Assembly: GCA_964588145.1 (NCBI GenBank)
Contig: CAZPNL010000002.1
Coordinates: forward strand, 4,014 to 68,013
Origin: an uncultured Gammaproteobacteria bacterium
Lineage (GTDB): Bacteria; Patescibacteriota; Microgenomatia; UBA10105; UBA927
Reading direction: 5' to 3'
Length of the DNA stretch: 64,000 bases
A program made the position numbers and the translations under genes. Of this stretch, positions 38,701 to 47,550 are shown piece after piece. Each line of letters starts with the position of its first letter. The first letter of the stretch is position 1. The notes under the pieces are model-generated. The model did not search any database. It saw nothing but the letters and a program-made list of their open reading frames with translations, and was not told the DNA's origin.

Positions 38701-39073
38701 GTTGTCAATTCCAGATATCGTAGCATATTCTGGCACGGCACTAGCAAAGAAACCATATCATCCAACTGTCACAAAGCATAGTTCATCTATGTATGAATTT
38801 GATCTACCTGCTACCCAATCTCCACAAGTTATCACACTAAAAAATTCTTACTCCCCCAGATGGGTATTTGGTGATAGTTCGTCTGTACCGGTGTGGGGAT
38901 TTGCGAACGGATGGATTATTTCAGACTCAAATAATAGTGCGGTGCGACTGGAGTATGCACCTGATAGAATCGTTCGTATAGGATTTGCGACTACACTTGT
39001 CGGAACTATAGGTATAGCGATATATTGGGCATATCGGTTTAAAAAAATTCATCATGAAAAAAAACTTCATTAA
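35735..39073 (+). CDS. Giant polytopic membrane protein, AftD/DUF3367-like (GT-C-like) with large extracytoplasmic region
   Basis: 1112 aa. N-terminal 'FLWFDSQTVIMGHDSGLVLNPIEHFIDRLSTWTERFNMGADQYYAIPGFF', about 12 TM segments, then about 600 aa that look soluble. The tail is 'SYSPRWVFGD...VRLEYAPD' followed by a terminal TM helix. TAATG overlap upstream. Confidence 0.55.
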   Translation: MLRLIKNRQWEWMVILLLGLSPFLWFDSQTVIMGHDSGLVLNPIEHFIDRLSTWTERFNMGADQYYAIPGFFIHGLDALVYWCTHNISLTQKITFIFWFALPGLTMMLLVKSIGQRYKLPYIALPASIFYMFNHFLLQGWFVAERTKFSLYGALPLYLYLLFEWSGKRLSTPITAVAISAVFFFLNGLASPPLFGGILLATVVFILFYGILYRQLWRLIVLFSLVILLSTILQAYWLFPMIDFLKHSYAQTVDLYGGKAGIAGWVKYISEQTSLYNLFRLQGIPEWYQNPLHPYAQTMLNNPFFSGMNFILPIIAFLPLYLYRKNHKLLLLIIFLSTLALISIAFSAGAHPPFGLFYIFLMEYVPGFIAFRTPFYKFAPALWFSYAILISLSINWIVEKWRHRNRWIPFFVISFWCVSILVFNYPFFTGVFFDYIREQRTMRLSIPQYVTEYFIWSQSADQKHKRTLFLPLPNPDSSIDAYSWGYWSLAPLSTLASSANIINRSYFTSPLEQQIISQLAEYLRVSDHRWKKLSQIIGIDYIVVRKDFAWNLPNTPGENPQLYDKLRDLNGMTYMKSFGMWDVYSIDAKTSRIEISDTFSVIDSPSGDIPKLVSMPVFDATLPLLQAVDVSLQASDDNIAARYSVAKCNTCNLQWKFINLDLYRPLLTQDSNVYPLYQLFHSSTSTITSNSSLQLQQFAYTLLSDTLGYQKVLDEQKSENKVSVVQGALQRSLKNFSSALQKSDIALTTERRIEILSILRNIKSIQTQLKATESQKEFVLQYKAEIDSLFTLIDEKTWRTQTASSKKLELTLTKSGPYHIYYRPNAQLESDRVQIAVNGVPRIVQMSVAMDNWHDLGIFDLPMGTSQIEVNQKTVNEYAQKMPMIFQKGTFLCQKSDAIRGNMNDIYRIQFSHTSKDESGEFYISLLPESLEPSERTGLEKLTSTSQVRQYTNDYAVGGKQNFVVHICNSITRQNISAIDLHIFDISIVKLSIPDIVAYSGTALAKKPYHPTVTKHSSSMYEFDLPATQSPQVITLKNSYSPRWVFGDSSSVPVWGFANGWIISDSNNSAVRLEYAPDRIVRIGFATTLVGTIGIAIYWAYRFKKIHHEKKLH

Positions 39074-39383
39074 AATTTTGATATTGCTTGGGACTTACAT
39101 CCTACTGCGCATACTCATTGAGCTCCCGTATATAAATTTATTAAAATTATGGTTCGAAAATTCAATTGAGGTGACACTACTATTTGTTTCATATCTGCTT
39201 TTTAAGCCGCCAGCACATACAGTAGTGTTATGCTCGATATTTGGCATTGTATTCATGCAACTTTTGGCAAGTATAGGTCAGACATACTTGGGCGAGATTA
39301 TGTCAGTTCTGGTTTATTTTGGTATCATGATAAGCATAGGCAATGGCGTAAAAAATATCATGAGATCTGGATGGTCGCTATGA
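39054..39383 (+). CDS. Small 3-4-TM membrane protein
   Basis: 109 aa and hydrophobic. Overlaps the upstream gene by 20 nt and the downstream gene by ATGA, which suggests translational coupling between the two giant genes. Confidence 0.5.
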   Translation: MKKNFIKILILLGTYILLRILIELPYINLLKLWFENSIEVTLLFVSYLLFKPPAHTVVLCSIFGIVFMQLLASIGQTYLGEIMSVLVYFGIMISIGNGVKNIMRSGWSL

Positions 39384-41278
39384 TATTTGGCGACTGGAGA
39401 TTTTTTTGGCCACAATCGATTCATGAAATTTCAATATTTCCCTTTGCATGGGACTCGAGCTTCAATACTGGTATAGGCAAAAGCAATCTAGATTCACTAT
39501 GGATCACGGGGTACTTTAATCTCACAGCTCAGCTAACAAAGCTAGGGCTGTCTTGGGATGTGGTTGGATTACTCACATGGATTATTCCTGCTCTCCTCCT
39601 TACCATTGTTGGATCGTACGTACTTTCGTCTCTATGGATCAAATCTAAAGGAGCCAGGAGTATTGTGTCCCTGGTGTACACGTTTAACACGTTTCTCCTC
39701 CTTGTATTTTTTGGTGGACAGATGGGGGTAGTGCTGGCCTATGGCATGGTGCCACTTACACTGTATTTTGCAATAGAGTTTTTTTCAGGACTTCAGGCTA
39801 AAAAGCCACTCGCTCGTCAATCTCTTGTATTTGGAGTTGTACTTGCCATACAAATTTTATTTGACATCAGAATCGCATATATTGTCGTCATTGCGCTTGG
39901 ATTGTATTGGGTGATATTTGTACGTAAAATTCATGTCTCCTTAGTCGTGGCCATAAGTATTCCCGTACTACTGCATGCATATTGGCTGCTCCCTTCACTC
40001 ATGTTTCCAGGATCTGTGACCGCCCAAATGGGTGGCGTATATACATCTGTGGAAGCTCTAAAGTTTTTTAGCTTTGCTGATTTTTCTCATGCTTTGTCAT
40101 TATTACAACCAAATTGGCCTGACAACATATTTGGAAAAACGAGCTTTCTCATGCCAGAGTTTTTGTTGATACCTCTCTTTGCTTTTGCGGCACTACGCTC
40201 CGGGAAAACGCAGATACAACCAAAAATATTTTTTGCACTCCTAGCACTTATCGGAATATTTCTTGCAAAGGGCATACATGAGCCATTTGGGTTTGTGTAT
40301 GAGTGGGCATTTGCAAAAGTGCCTGGCATGATCATGTTTCGTGATCCAGTGAAGTGGTATGTGTTGATTACGCTAGGCTATAGCATGTTGATGGGAATTA
40401 CCGTAGATGAATTAATCCGTGCAAAATCACCATTCATAAAAAAAGTTGTCATTGGCTCTGTTGTCGTAGTATGGCTGGGTTTACATAGAGATGCCCTGCA
40501 AATTATCCAAAAGCAAATTCAAACACCTATCGCTACACCAGAGTACAAAGCATTGGCAGATGCATTGGGAAAAGATACTACCTTTTATCGCCTGCTCTGG
40601 GTGCCTCAGTGGCCGCGAGAGGGGTATTTCTCAGATATTCACCCAAGTATAGGCAGAGTCGAGTTTCTACATGAGGCCAGTGCCACAGGCCAGATAGCAG
40701 AGTTAAATACTCCAGACATGCCAGAAAAACTATCTCGGCTCGCAGTTAAATATATAGTTGTTCCCGAAGATACATATGGGACTCTGTTTCAGACAGATCG
40801 AAAATACGACAACAACCTGAGAGAGCAGGCGATTGCACAACTTGATGCAACTAAGTTTTTACGCAGAAACAAAGAATTTACCCATCTTGCTGTATATGAG
40901 TTGGCTTCTATTAAGGACAGATTTTTTTGGAATGACCAAGTGCAAGGGGATATGAGTTATAAAAAAATAAACCCAACGTATTATCAAATTTCTATGACGG
41001 GATGTTTACATAGTTGTAGTATGGTGTTCTCCGAACAATACAGTCCATATTGGGAAGTACGGGTCGGAAGCTCTATTGTACGCTCTGTAAAAACAAATGA
41101 TAATCTCAATAGCTTTTATCTACCTGCAAATAGTCAAAATATAGATGTTTACTATAAACCGCAACAATACGTGCGATATGGTGCGATCATAACCTTATCG
41201 ACAGTTGGCGGAATATTGGTATATGCATACGTATACTTGAGAACTCAGAAAGCAGCCAAAAAGCGTATGGTAAAATAA
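39380..41278 (+). CDS. Large polytopic membrane protein (GT-C-like, possibly DUF3367-related)
   Basis: Start set to ATG 39380 (ATGA overlap with the stop of 39054..39383). 'FPFAWDSSFNTGIGKSNLDSLWITGYF' and about 10 TM segments. The tail is 'QYSPYWEVRVGSS...IDVYYKPQ' followed by a terminal TM helix. Confidence 0.55.
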   Translation: MIFGDWRFFWPQSIHEISIFPFAWDSSFNTGIGKSNLDSLWITGYFNLTAQLTKLGLSWDVVGLLTWIIPALLLTIVGSYVLSSLWIKSKGARSIVSLVYTFNTFLLLVFFGGQMGVVLAYGMVPLTLYFAIEFFSGLQAKKPLARQSLVFGVVLAIQILFDIRIAYIVVIALGLYWVIFVRKIHVSLVVAISIPVLLHAYWLLPSLMFPGSVTAQMGGVYTSVEALKFFSFADFSHALSLLQPNWPDNIFGKTSFLMPEFLLIPLFAFAALRSGKTQIQPKIFFALLALIGIFLAKGIHEPFGFVYEWAFAKVPGMIMFRDPVKWYVLITLGYSMLMGITVDELIRAKSPFIKKVVIGSVVVVWLGLHRDALQIIQKQIQTPIATPEYKALADALGKDTTFYRLLWVPQWPREGYFSDIHPSIGRVEFLHEASATGQIAELNTPDMPEKLSRLAVKYIVVPEDTYGTLFQTDRKYDNNLREQAIAQLDATKFLRRNKEFTHLAVYELASIKDRFFWNDQVQGDMSYKKINPTYYQISMTGCLHSCSMVFSEQYSPYWEVRVGSSIVRSVKTNDNLNSFYLPANSQNIDVYYKPQQYVRYGAIITLSTVGGILVYAYVYLRTQKAAKKRMVK

Positions 41279-41286
41279 TCTAACGT

Positions 41287-42228
41287 ATGTCTAAAACTAT
41301 CCTCATTGCAGGCGGCGCTGGCTTCATAGGGTCAAATCTTTCTGCCGAGCTGCTTACTCTCGGTCACAATGTGCACTGTATTGATTCTCTCATCAGTGGA
41401 CGCGAGGAAAATATCCTAGAGCTGAAGAAAAATCCCGCGTTTACGTTTCAGAAGGCAGATGTCACCAAGCTTCCTGAATTTAAAATACAATTTGACTGGA
41501 TTTTTCATCTGGCTTCCCCAGCATCTGTTCCAGATTATCAAGCACATCCATTTGAAACTGCGCTATCAAACTCGTTTGGTACACAGGCACTTTTGGAATT
41601 AGCACGGCAGACTAATGCACGATTTCTTTTTACATCAACCAGTGAAATATATGGTGACCCTAAAGAACATCCTCAGAAAGAAACATACTGGGGAAACGTC
41701 AATCCAGTGGGACCAAGGGCTTGCTACGATGAAGCCAAGAGATTTGGCGAAATGATGACCATACTATTTCACACACAACACAAAGTGGATACGAGAATAG
41801 TAAGAATATTTAATACTTATGGCCCAAAGATGCGCAAAACCGATGGCCGTGTGGTATCAAATTTTATCAATCAAGCCCTCGCTGGTGAGCCCATGACAAT
41901 TTATGGCACCGGGGCACAAACCCGCTCATTTTGCTACGTGGATGATTTGGTTGATGGACTTATAGCTATGATGCAGACAGACGGGTTGGCGGGTGAAATA
42001 GTTAATCTTGGAAATCCCTCAGAATTTACAATGAACGACTTTGCGCAAAAGGTAAAAGTCATGACAATAAGTAATTCAGATATTGTCCATAAGCCACTTC
42101 CAGTGGACGACCCCAAAGAGCGTAGGCCTGACATTACAAAAGCTAAAAAATTACTTGGGTGGGAGCCTATGGTAAGTGTAGATGAGGGGCTTGCTAGAAC
42201 GATTGAGTATTATAGAAAAGAGGCTTAG
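41287..42228 (+). CDS. UDP-glucuronate decarboxylase (UDP-xylose synthase, UXS)-like SDR
   Basis: 313 aa. 'ILIAGGAGFIGSNL', 'TSTSEIYGDP', 'CYDEAKRFGE', 'RIFNTYGPKMRKTDGRVVSNFI' and 'QTRSFCYVDDLV'. Confidence 0.85.
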   Translation: MSKTILIAGGAGFIGSNLSAELLTLGHNVHCIDSLISGREENILELKKNPAFTFQKADVTKLPEFKIQFDWIFHLASPASVPDYQAHPFETALSNSFGTQALLELARQTNARFLFTSTSEIYGDPKEHPQKETYWGNVNPVGPRACYDEAKRFGEMMTILFHTQHKVDTRIVRIFNTYGPKMRKTDGRVVSNFINQALAGEPMTIYGTGAQTRSFCYVDDLVDGLIAMMQTDGLAGEIVNLGNPSEFTMNDFAQKVKVMTISNSDIVHKPLPVDDPKERRPDITKAKKLLGWEPMVSVDEGLARTIEYYRKEA

Positions 42229-42350
42229 AGGGTTAGTTATTTAGAAGCTTAGAGTATAGAGTCGAAATGATTAAAGCAATTATTATCAACTAATTTTTCA
42301 ATAACCCACATCAATATTCAACGAGAAAAAATGAGAATTATAGATTAAAT

Positions 42351-42581
42351 ATGTATATGAAAATTCAAGATATTTTATTTGTTATAATATTCTTCGGATT
42401 ATTTTTTGTGAAATTTCCGCATAAATATGTGTTTACAGGCTTATTGTGCTTTATCTTTGCGATTCCTCTCTTTGCCTCCTGGACGTTTTTTACAGCCGAG
42501 CGTCTCACATGGTACGGAGCTGCATTTGTGTTAGCTGAAACAGTAGGACTACTTTTTACAAACAGAAAGGATCTCACATGA
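42351..42581 (+). CDS. Small 2-3-TM membrane protein
   Basis: 76 aa and hydrophobic. ATGA overlap with the galE start. Confidence 0.4.
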   Translation: MYMKIQDILFVIIFFGLFFVKFPHKYVFTGLLCFIFAIPLFASWTFFTAERLTWYGAAFVLAETVGLLFTNRKDLT

Positions 42582-43546
42582 AATTTTTGATCACTGGTGG
42601 TGCTGGATACATAGGATCAGTCACAAATAAATTTCTCAAGAGTCTTGGGCACGATACAGTAATCTTTGACAATCTTTCGACAGGTTACAAACACGCCATT
42701 GCGGACACAAGGCTTATAGAAGGAGATTTAAAAAATAGTGCTGACATCAAAAAAGTGTTTATTGGGCAAAAATTTGATGCTGTCATCCACTTTGCAGCAG
42801 CGGCTCTCGCTGGGGAGTCTATGAAAGAACCTGCATACTACTATGAAAATAATATGTTGGGAGGACTACATTTATTGGAGGCTATGCGAGAAGCTAATTG
42901 TGACAAGATAATTTTTTCATCAACATGTGCTGTGTACGGATTTCCCCAGACACTCCCGGTGAGTGAAAACGAACCATACAAACCTGTGAGCGTCTATGGA
43001 TCGAGCAAGCGGATGTTCGAAGAAGTGCTAGAATGGTATGACGAAATATTTCAAATAAAGCATGTCAAATTAAGATATTTCAACGCTGCAGGCGCCTATC
43101 CTGATGGGAGCCTGGGTGAAGCCCATCCAGTAGAAACCCATATTATTCCAAAGGCATTTGATGCTGCGACTGGCAAAACCAGTGAATTCCATATATTTGG
43201 AGATGATTACAAGACCAAAGATGGCACATGTGTGCGAGATTATATCCATGTGCTTGATCTAGCAGATGCACACCTAAAGGCTTTTGAATATTTAGAGAAA
43301 GGTAATGATTCTACGGCCATAAATCTAGGTGTTGGCAAAGGGTATTCCAATAGGGAAGTACTCTCGATGGTGGAAAAAGTATCTGGGAAAAAAATAAAAA
43401 TAACTGTCAAGCCCAGGAGACCTGGAGACCCTGATGCAATCTATGCTGATAACGCGAAAGCTAAAAAGCTTCTGGGGTGGAATCCAACACATTCTGATCT
43501 GGAATCCATAGTGCAGTCTGCATGGGCATGGTATCAAAAGATGTAA
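42578..43546 (+). CDS. galE: UDP-glucose 4-epimerase
   Basis: 322 aa. 'ITGGAGYIGS', 'FSSTCAVYG', 'YGSSKRMFE', 'LRYFNAAGA' and 'VRDYIHVLDLADAH'. Confidence 0.85.
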   Translation: MKFLITGGAGYIGSVTNKFLKSLGHDTVIFDNLSTGYKHAIADTRLIEGDLKNSADIKKVFIGQKFDAVIHFAAAALAGESMKEPAYYYENNMLGGLHLLEAMREANCDKIIFSSTCAVYGFPQTLPVSENEPYKPVSVYGSSKRMFEEVLEWYDEIFQIKHVKLRYFNAAGAYPDGSLGEAHPVETHIIPKAFDAATGKTSEFHIFGDDYKTKDGTCVRDYIHVLDLADAHLKAFEYLEKGNDSTAINLGVGKGYSNREVLSMVEKVSGKKIKITVKPRRPGDPDAIYADNAKAKKLLGWNPTHSDLESIVQSAWAWYQKM

Positions 43547-43807
43547 ATATATCTTTTAAATAACAATGTATTTTCGAAGCGTAATGTGATGAAAAAAATC
43601 TGGTTAATTATCTTGGGGATCTGGAGGTGTATACACTGCATCAGTAGAATTTTTGAACGTCGTTTTACTCGTGCCCCAACTCAGTATGCCAATCTTTTTG
43701 AGAAAAGCGATTATCTTTTGAATGTGGTTCATATACTTACATTATAATTCTTCATGTCAATGCCAAATTGAAATGTACAATGTTGCAATTTACGTCGTTT
43801 TTCTGCG

Positions 43808-43813
43808 TATAAT
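43808..43813 (+). promoter_or_regulatory. Candidate -10 box (TATAAT) immediately upstream of the NRAMP start codon
   Basis: TATAAT at 43808-43813 lies 6 nt before ATG 43820. TTGCAA sits 19 nt upstream of it. No SD is visible. Confidence 0.25.
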
Positions 43814-43819
43814 GAATAT

Positions 43820-45184
43820 ATGGAAGGCAAATTAGAAAAAATCGCAGAGTCTCCAGCGGTACTTTTGGAAAAAAGTATCGCAGTCACAAAGCGAGTGGAG
43901 GAAAAAGTTGAGCATTCCAGCGTCATGATAAAGACCAAAAGTTTTTGGAAAGGCTTAGGGCCTGGTCTCGTCACAGGGGCAGCTGATGATGATCCGTCAG
44001 GTATTACCACATACTCACAAGCAGGCTCAATGTACGGGTTTCAGCTGTTGTGGCTGGCTGGTTTTACATTTCCATTTATGGCAATAGTTCAGGAAATGTG
44101 TGCCAGATTAGGGCTTGTGACAGGTAGAGGACTAGCTGGTAATATCCGTATTCACTTCCCACGATGGGCACTATATATATGTGCTGGAAGTCTCTGTATT
44201 GCAAATACACTCAATATCGGCGCAAATCTAGGTATCATGGCGAAAGCCACGCAATTACTCCTGCCGCAAGGTAATTTTTTTCTCATTTTAGCGTTATTTA
44301 CAATCAGTACGCTTCTGCTGCAAATTTTTACCTCCTATGAAAAGTATGCCTCATATCTCAAATATTTGGTTTTTGTACTTATCTCTTACGTGGCTACCGC
44401 ATTTGTAGTAGGCTTAGATTGGAAGGATCTTTTTACGCATACTTTTGTGCCATCCTTAACATTTTCCAAGGATCAACTCATGCTTGTGACTGGTATTTTA
44501 GGCACCACAATATCCCCCTATCTCTTTTTTTGGCAAACAAGTCACGAGGTAGAAGAGGAAATCCTCCATGGTAAAACCACGCTTCGGCTGCGCGAAAATG
44601 CAACAGATGCAGAAATCAAATCCATGCGTATAGATGTGTGGGTTGGGATGTTTCTCTCAAATCTCATCATGTACTTTATTATCGCAACATGTGCTGCAGT
44701 ACTTTTTAAAAACGGTATGACAAGTATCGCATCAGCCGAAGATGCAGCCGCAGCACTCCGGCCACTTGCTGGCGATTTTGCGTTTGTGCTGTTTGCAGTA
44801 GGCATCATAGGAATGGGACTGTTGTCAGTGCCTGTGCTTGCAGGAGCTGTTGCCTATACCGTTACAGAAAGTTTTCGCTGGAAATCTGGGCTTCACTACA
44901 AGCTTCATGAGGCACGTGCTTTTTACGGAGTGCTCATAATTTCAATGCTGATAGGTTTTATGATAAACCTGTTTGGAATTGATACGATCAAACTTTTGAT
45001 ATACACAGCCGTGGTAAATGGGCTCGTGGCTCCAGTCATACTCTTTTTTATCATCACAATGACGGGAAATAAACACATTATGAAAGAGCGGACAAATACC
45101 ACTGCAATTACTGTTCTCGGGTGGATTATCACACTTCTTATTTCGCTCTCAGGGATTGCCACGATTGTCTCATTTTTTATATAA
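43820..45184 (+). CDS. NRAMP-family divalent metal transporter
   Basis: 454 aa. 'LGPGLVTGAADDDPSGITTYSQAGS' and about 11 TM segments. The start could also be the internal 'MIKTKSFWKGLGPG'. Confidence 0.8.
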   Translation: MEGKLEKIAESPAVLLEKSIAVTKRVEEKVEHSSVMIKTKSFWKGLGPGLVTGAADDDPSGITTYSQAGSMYGFQLLWLAGFTFPFMAIVQEMCARLGLVTGRGLAGNIRIHFPRWALYICAGSLCIANTLNIGANLGIMAKATQLLLPQGNFFLILALFTISTLLLQIFTSYEKYASYLKYLVFVLISYVATAFVVGLDWKDLFTHTFVPSLTFSKDQLMLVTGILGTTISPYLFFWQTSHEVEEEILHGKTTLRLRENATDAEIKSMRIDVWVGMFLSNLIMYFIIATCAAVLFKNGMTSIASAEDAAAALRPLAGDFAFVLFAVGIIGMGLLSVPVLAGAVAYTVTESFRWKSGLHYKLHEARAFYGVLIISMLIGFMINLFGIDTIKLLIYTAVVNGLVAPVILFFIITMTGNKHIMKERTNTTAITVLGWIITLLISLSGIATIVSFFI

Positions 45185-45194
45185 CACAACACTG

Positions 45195-46889
45195 TTACAA
45201 TGTGCCATTGATGATGAGGTCATAGTACTTTGTGACGTTAGGGTTGATACCATCCAGTCTCTGAGCAGTGTGTATTGCCTCAATGGCCTTTGCTTTGTCT
45301 CCACGCAAGTATGCTGTAGCAGCTAGCATGGTCCAAAAGTACGAATCTTCCGGGTAATCCTCAACAGCTTGCGTTAATATACGAAAGCTTAATTCTGGCT
45401 GTTTAGTGCGTATTGTGAAATGTACAATATTTGTATATGTGCTATAGGCATGGTACCCGTGATTATAGTTATTTGCATCAATTGCCTTTTTCATGACCTC
45501 CTCTGCTTGCGTGAGTCGTCCAAGTTTTTCGTAAGCCAGACCAAGAATCATAAGGTTATTATCAAATTCAAACATTTCTAGAGATCTAAGCGCGTGCTCC
45601 ACTGCTTTTTCAGGTGTGTTTTTTTCTAGGTACGTGCTTGCTAAGTACGCTTCAATCAAATAATTGTTTTCAATCTCAGCATATCTAGTAAAGAGAGATA
45701 GGTTATCCTTTCTATATAAATTCTTTATAAACGTCTGCACAGAAAATAACACCAAAATGAAACAGCAGAGAGCTATAGCGATTCGTTTAAATTTTATAGG
45801 TAAATAGATGGTTTGTGCATATGTCCCAATCATTCCCATGCTGCCAAGCATAGAAAAAGCATACCATCGACCCGCTACGGTATAATCTAATGGGATGATA
45901 TGCGAATAAAGTAATAGTCCGCTCACAAACATTGTTCCAAAAAAAATATATCCGGAAATAAAACTGCGCTGTTTCACATATATATAGATGCCAATACATG
46001 CAAACACACTCAGGAAAATAAAGTCAAATACTAGCGGTGCATAAAAATCATCCCAAGTCATGTCTGTAACTGTCCATAAGTGAATGCTTGAAAAATTTAT
46101 AGGAATGATAGATTTTGTAAAATAAAAGGAAAGGATTTTGGGTATATTAATAATCCGTTCAAAGATCGGTGTATTTCCAAGAGGGTATAATGATTTATCT
46201 ATGGCAGAAAATCCATGAAGTGCATATCTCATGCTGATATAAACGAAACTCAAAAGTGCGATAAAAAATATGATGCGTGTGAGGTGACGCTTATCTATAA
46301 GTGCCCCATACAAAAAAAACATTGGTAAAAAGAGTATTCCCGATTCTTTACTAAGGAGACTCAATAGTAAGAAAAAATATGAGAATACTGTAAATAGTAG
46401 CTTTTTAGGAAATGCATGATAGCTGATGAATGCAATTAATCCAAAAAACATATACAAAATATCAGATGCTGCAGATATGAGAGCAACTTGACTTTGATTA
46501 AAGGGATGTACGAGGTAGATAGTTGCCAAAAGTATGCTATATGAATTTTTCAGAAATATACGAAAAAGGCGATATATCAAAAATGTGTTGAGTATGCGTA
46601 AAAGAATTTGTGCGAAATGAAAATATCCTGCCTGTTCACCAAATAATCTATACAACAACACATAATACACTGCTGTAATAGGACGATAGTTCTCATTGCC
46701 TGTGAGCGCATGACTTTCAAAAAGCTGGAGAAGTGAAGCATTTTTTGTTTGAGGGTTATCGATAATATATGGATAGTCTAACCATACAAAACCATTTTGC
46801 AAAATATTGCCAAATACAATAAATCCGATGATAGTAAAAAGCACGAGAGGTAGACTTTGTCGATGAATAAATTGAAAAATAGTACGCAT
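45195..46889 (-). CDS. TMTC-like membrane protein: DUF1736/PMT-like polytopic N-terminal region plus C-terminal TPR repeats
   Basis: 564 aa. 'LDYPYIIDNP...NENYRPITAVYYVLLYRLFG...HFAQILLRILNTFLIYRLF...YLVHPFNQSQVALISAASD'. The C-terminal region, about 160 aa, is TPR-like ('LGLAYEKLGRLTQAEEVMKKAI', 'AATAYLRGDKAKAIEAIHTA'). Confidence 0.65.
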   Translation of the reverse strand: MRTIFQFIHRQSLPLVLFTIIGFIVFGNILQNGFVWLDYPYIIDNPQTKNASLLQLFESHALTGNENYRPITAVYYVLLYRLFGEQAGYFHFAQILLRILNTFLIYRLFRIFLKNSYSILLATIYLVHPFNQSQVALISAASDILYMFFGLIAFISYHAFPKKLLFTVFSYFFLLLSLLSKESGILFLPMFFLYGALIDKRHLTRIIFFIALLSFVYISMRYALHGFSAIDKSLYPLGNTPIFERIINIPKILSFYFTKSIIPINFSSIHLWTVTDMTWDDFYAPLVFDFIFLSVFACIGIYIYVKQRSFISGYIFFGTMFVSGLLLYSHIIPLDYTVAGRWYAFSMLGSMGMIGTYAQTIYLPIKFKRIAIALCCFILVLFSVQTFIKNLYRKDNLSLFTRYAEIENNYLIEAYLASTYLEKNTPEKAVEHALRSLEMFEFDNNLMILGLAYEKLGRLTQAEEVMKKAIDANNYNHGYHAYSTYTNIVHFTIRTKQPELSFRILTQAVEDYPEDSYFWTMLAATAYLRGDKAKAIEAIHTAQRLDGINPNVTKYYDLIINGTL

Positions 46890-46934
46890 AGAATTAATTC
46901 GTTACACACAAAGTAGACAGGGGTCACACATGCC

Positions 46935-47369
46935 TTATGTGGAGGTTTGTCGATACGTATACGTATTAACAATAAGTCCAAAATAGCCTAGATAAGCAAT
47001 GAGAAATCCCACTCCCATTAAAAATGAATATGAATCATCTTGTGTTGGGACAAATTTTCCACCAGTGAATGTTGCGACAGACGCACCCAAGCACGCAACG
47101 ACTGCTGGAGCTAAAAAATGAACTGACTTAGTATGTGATGAGCGAATAACCATCCAAAGTGACCCAAGGAATATTACTACGCCCAAACATATATGTATAG
47201 CCAATATTGGGTCGTGTGAAGAAAATCTCCAAAGCTCTCCTGCTGTGACATCTTCCGGAAAATGGACAAAAAATGTTGTATAGAGTCCAAAAATAAATTC
47301 CAAACTCAAAAGCACGACAATTCCTATAGTTTCTTTTCGCAATGAATCTACGAAGTATTGTTGCGACAT
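46935..47369 (-). CDS. Small 4-TM membrane protein
   Basis: 144 aa with four hydrophobic segments. Lies 45 nt upstream of the TMTC-like gene on the same strand. Confidence 0.5.
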   Translation of the reverse strand: MSQQYFVDSLRKETIGIVVLLSLEFIFGLYTTFFVHFPEDVTAGELWRFSSHDPILAIHICLGVVIFLGSLWMVIRSSHTKSVHFLAPAVVACLGASVATFTGGKFVPTQDDSYSFLMGVGFLIAYLGYFGLIVNTYTYRQTST

Positions 47370-47550
47370 ACATGATTACTATAGAATATTTATTTAGTCT
47401 TGTCACCAGAGGAGGTTTTTATAGTTTCAATTATATCTTAATTCACTTTGAGTATTTGCCTGTTTCTGGACAAAATTCTTTGTAGATTATTTTTGTCTAA
47501 CACGTGTATACTAAATGTATAGAGGTCTTAATATATAAACCTTGCCTGAT

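Noticed and set aside
42223-42254. There is an 8-nt direct repeat, GCTTAGAG, present twice 24 nt apart at the UXS stop codon.
   Set aside because: It is too short to distinguish from chance in a 64-kb AT-rich sequence, and no further copies or associated structure were noticed.
43589-43747. A 52-codon ORF (MKKIWLIILGIWRCIHCISRIF...) lies in the gap between galE and the NRAMP gene.
   Set aside because: It is below any reliable length threshold and has no SD or homology that I can recognise. It would need conservation or ribosome-profiling evidence.
43748-43819. I looked for a metal (Mn, yybP-ykoY-type) riboswitch upstream of the NRAMP transporter.
   Set aside because: Only about 70 nt are available. 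I see none of the conserved GC-rich four-way-junction sequence, and the region is AT-rich with a promoter-like TATAAT instead.
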